This document shows positions 62,187 through 64,000 of a stretch of DNA of 64,000 bases, one piece after another. The notes beneath the pieces are model-generated. The model saw nothing but the letters and a program-made list of their open reading frames with translations. It was not told the origin of the DNA and made no database searches. Numbering within the stretch: the stretch's first letter is position 1; the number at the start of each line of letters is the position of its first letter. The stretch spans positions 20,646-84,645 of the forward strand of contig JAZNXE010000026.1 of the NCBI GenBank assembly GCA_045593725.1, in the 5' to 3' direction. The position numbers and the translations under genes are program-made. The stretch is from Eubacteriales bacterium (GTDB lineage Bacteria; Bacillota; Clostridia; Oscillospirales; CAG-272).

Positions 62187-64000
62187 TTATTTGTAAGCTT
62201 CATAGGATCTAAGGCACTTAGCCGCTTGCTCCAGATAGTCAGCCGCCTTGGCAAACAACGCCGAGTTAAGTGACTTAAGCTCCTCGGCATAGGCTTCAAG
62301 CGCTCCGTAATCCTGTGTCTTATAATCTCTCAATTCTTTCATTAAAGAATTATATACATTGTCATAAGCCGAGGTATAGCGGCTGTCGCTCTTAGCAATC
62401 TCCAGCTCCTCCTCTGCCTGTTGCATACGCTTTATTGCGAGAGTGGACTGTTTTTTATCCTTATCAAGGGTTTCAAGATCGAACTCGTCACGCTTTCTCG
62501 TGATCTCGTCGTTAATGTAATCTATATATCCCAGAAGGCTCTCTACGGGGTTAAGATTATCGTTGTAAGCATCAAGGAACGCGAATCCCGTATAACGCGA
62601 TATAATATACGCGCCGGGATAGTTAGGAACTGCGGCAAGATTATCAAATTGAAGCTTTATCTGCTCGTATTCCTCACGGGTCCAAGGCAAGCTCTCGAGC
62701 GCCGTAGAGTTAGCGGTAGGATGCTTTGCTGAAGGACCGAGAATAGCAACCATTTCGTTGGAGTAGTCGGTCTGGCAATCCGCGCCCACATACCATCTCA
62801 TAAATTTCCATGCATCCTGCTTCCGCTCTGTACCGGATATCATTACCACCGCGCTGACTCCCGAAACGGTCTCAAAATTTATATCACCGTTTTCATCCTC
62901 CATACCCGGCAGCGGATAGAAGGACCAAAGGCCCTCAATCTCAGTAGCGAAAACCTTAAGGTGATTATACGTTCCTGTATAATCCGCAAATCCTATGGGC
63001 ATCTCACCCGTTCTGAAACGGTTAGCGAAGTTATACTGATATGGGAAGGAGTACATAGTGAACATCTCGCACATACTCTCAAAAGCGGTAAGCGCCAGAT
63101 TCGAATCGAGGTTGATTCTCATACCTCCGTCAGCAAAAAGCTCACCGCCCATCTGGTACAGGAAGATATTACTATCGTTGCTCATTGCGATTTCCATGTT
63201 ATTAGCCTGGAGAACAGGAACAGCTTCCTTAACGTCATTCCAAGTCTTGGGAACCTCCAAGTCAAGCTCTGCAAGGATATCCTCGCGAACAAACATCATT
63301 GAGAACGTTTGCGTTTCAGGGAGTCCGTAACAGTGTAGCTGACCCGTGCCGCACTGCTGATGCTCCTCAGCATCTCCGTTAGTACCAGCACATTCTATTC
63401 TAAGCACCATCATGGCGCTCTGATTAAAGTTCGAGCAGGCTTCGTCATAGCCTTCCATGGTCTCTATGGACTCAAGGGCGCCTCTGATAGCGTAGTTAAT
63501 AGTATCACCCGCGCCAAGTCCCAGATAAACGTCAGGACCCTGTCCCGATAATATAGAAGGAAGCAGAGTTCCCGCCGCAACCAGCTTAAGGTTGACTGTA
63601 ATGTTACTGCTGGGAGTAAAGTTATTGTTTATAAGGTTTCTGATAACCTGTGATTGGTCACGTCCGTAAGCCAACCAAACCTCAACGCTCTCATCCGAAT
63701 CCTCCTCGGTAAGAGCGCCCATTCTGTCGTACTTACGGAAGAAGCTCTGGAAGAAGCCCGATATTTCGTGCCACAGCGCTTCAAAGAATCCCGCTCTCGC
63801 TCTGGGATCCTCCTCATCAACCGCCTGTATGGAAATAAAGTCAAGAAGGAGAGGCTGTGTCTTCGCGTTGCCTATCCATGTACCGAGAGAACCAATATAT
63901 GTTTTAAGCTGCTCCATATTTTTAGCAACTTCTTCTTCATCCCTTGCCATCTCCTCAAGAAGCTCAGCAACGTTTATCAGCGTAGCTGTCATAGAGCTCT
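62187..64000 (-). CDS. Large extracellular solute-binding-like protein, 5' end beyond the right edge of the window (more than 604 codons visible)
   Basis: A family-1 SBP-like core (VEVWLAYGRDQSQV...LPSILSGQGPDVYLGLG...WSFYPLPG...) is followed by a helical tail of about 90 aa. The frame is still open at 64000, so the ATG at 63992 is not the true start. Confidence 0.75.
   Translation of the reverse strand, partial: SSMTATLINVAELLEEMARDEEEVAKNMEQLKTYIGSLGTWIGNAKTQPLLLDFISIQAVDEEDPRARAGFFEALWHEISGFFQSFFRKYDRMGALTEEDSDESVEVWLAYGRDQSQVIRNLINNNFTPSSNITVNLKLVAAGTLLPSILSGQGPDVYLGLGAGDTINYAIRGALESIETMEGYDEACSNFNQSAMMVLRIECAGTNGDAEEHQQCGTGQLHCYGLPETQTFSMMFVREDILAELDLEVPKTWNDVKEAVPVLQANNMEIAMSNDSNIFLYQMGGELFADGGMRINLDSNLALTAFESMCEMFTMYSFPYQYNFANRFRTGEMPIGFADYTGTYNHLKVFATEIEGLWSFYPLPGMEDENGDINFETVSGVSAVVMISGTERKQDAWKFMRWYVGADCQTDYSNEMVAILGPSAKHPTANSTALESLPWTREEYEQIKLQFDNLAAVPNYPGAYIISRYTGFAFLDAYNDNLNPVESLLGYIDYINDEITRKRDEFDLETLDKDKKQSTLAIKRMQQAEEELEIAKSDSRYTSAYDNVYNSLMKELRDYKTQDYGALEAYAEELKSLNSALFAKAADYLEQAAKCLRSYEAYK

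Overview
This 64-kb chromosomal window comes from a spore-forming Firmicute of the class Clostridia. The evidence is Spo0A, an alpha/beta-type SASP, type-A RNase P RNA, split transketolase and ppdK. It holds about 55 genes, most on the minus strand. Most of the window is housekeeping: relA (partial at the left edge and missing from the supplied ORF track), recJ, cdaA, pncB, tyrS, nrdR, rnpB, a TPP riboswitch with thiT, mfd-pth, ppdK, gap, gdhA, serA, serC, trpS, tkt, tRNA-Thr/tRNA-Tyr, pgsA-rimO, typA, alaS, galT and spo0A. Many genes carry near-perfect TTGACA-17-TATAAT promoters and clear intrinsic terminators. The parts worth a second look are listed here. (1) 52.3-64.0 kb: a tightly packed 7-gene minus-strand operon. 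It has a giant solute-binding-like protein, two complete ABC permease pairs, an NHL-propeller/TPR/Yip1 membrane fusion and a 1199-aa secreted coiled-coil protein. Its function is unknown and it is the best candidate for an undescribed system. (2) 44.9-47.9 kb: a BspA-type LRR lipoprotein behind a roughly 200-nt structured leader (a 130-nt hairpin plus an attenuator terminator), followed by 690 bp of REP-like noncoding repeats. (3) 29.7-31.1 kb: a ThyX-fold gene lacking the canonical ThyX motif. Its 3' end is duplicated as a 39-bp direct repeat flanking a 192-aa membrane-protein cassette. (4) 25.2-25.4 kb: three copies of a GTGGAATTCCAC palindrome between divergent SLOG and XRE genes. (5) 35.27-35.51 kb: inverted copies of the tRNA-Tyr 3' end and a 25-bp perfect hairpin. 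No CRISPR array, rRNA, transposase or integrase was seen. All calls rest on reading the sequence and on remembered family signatures. No database search was possible.
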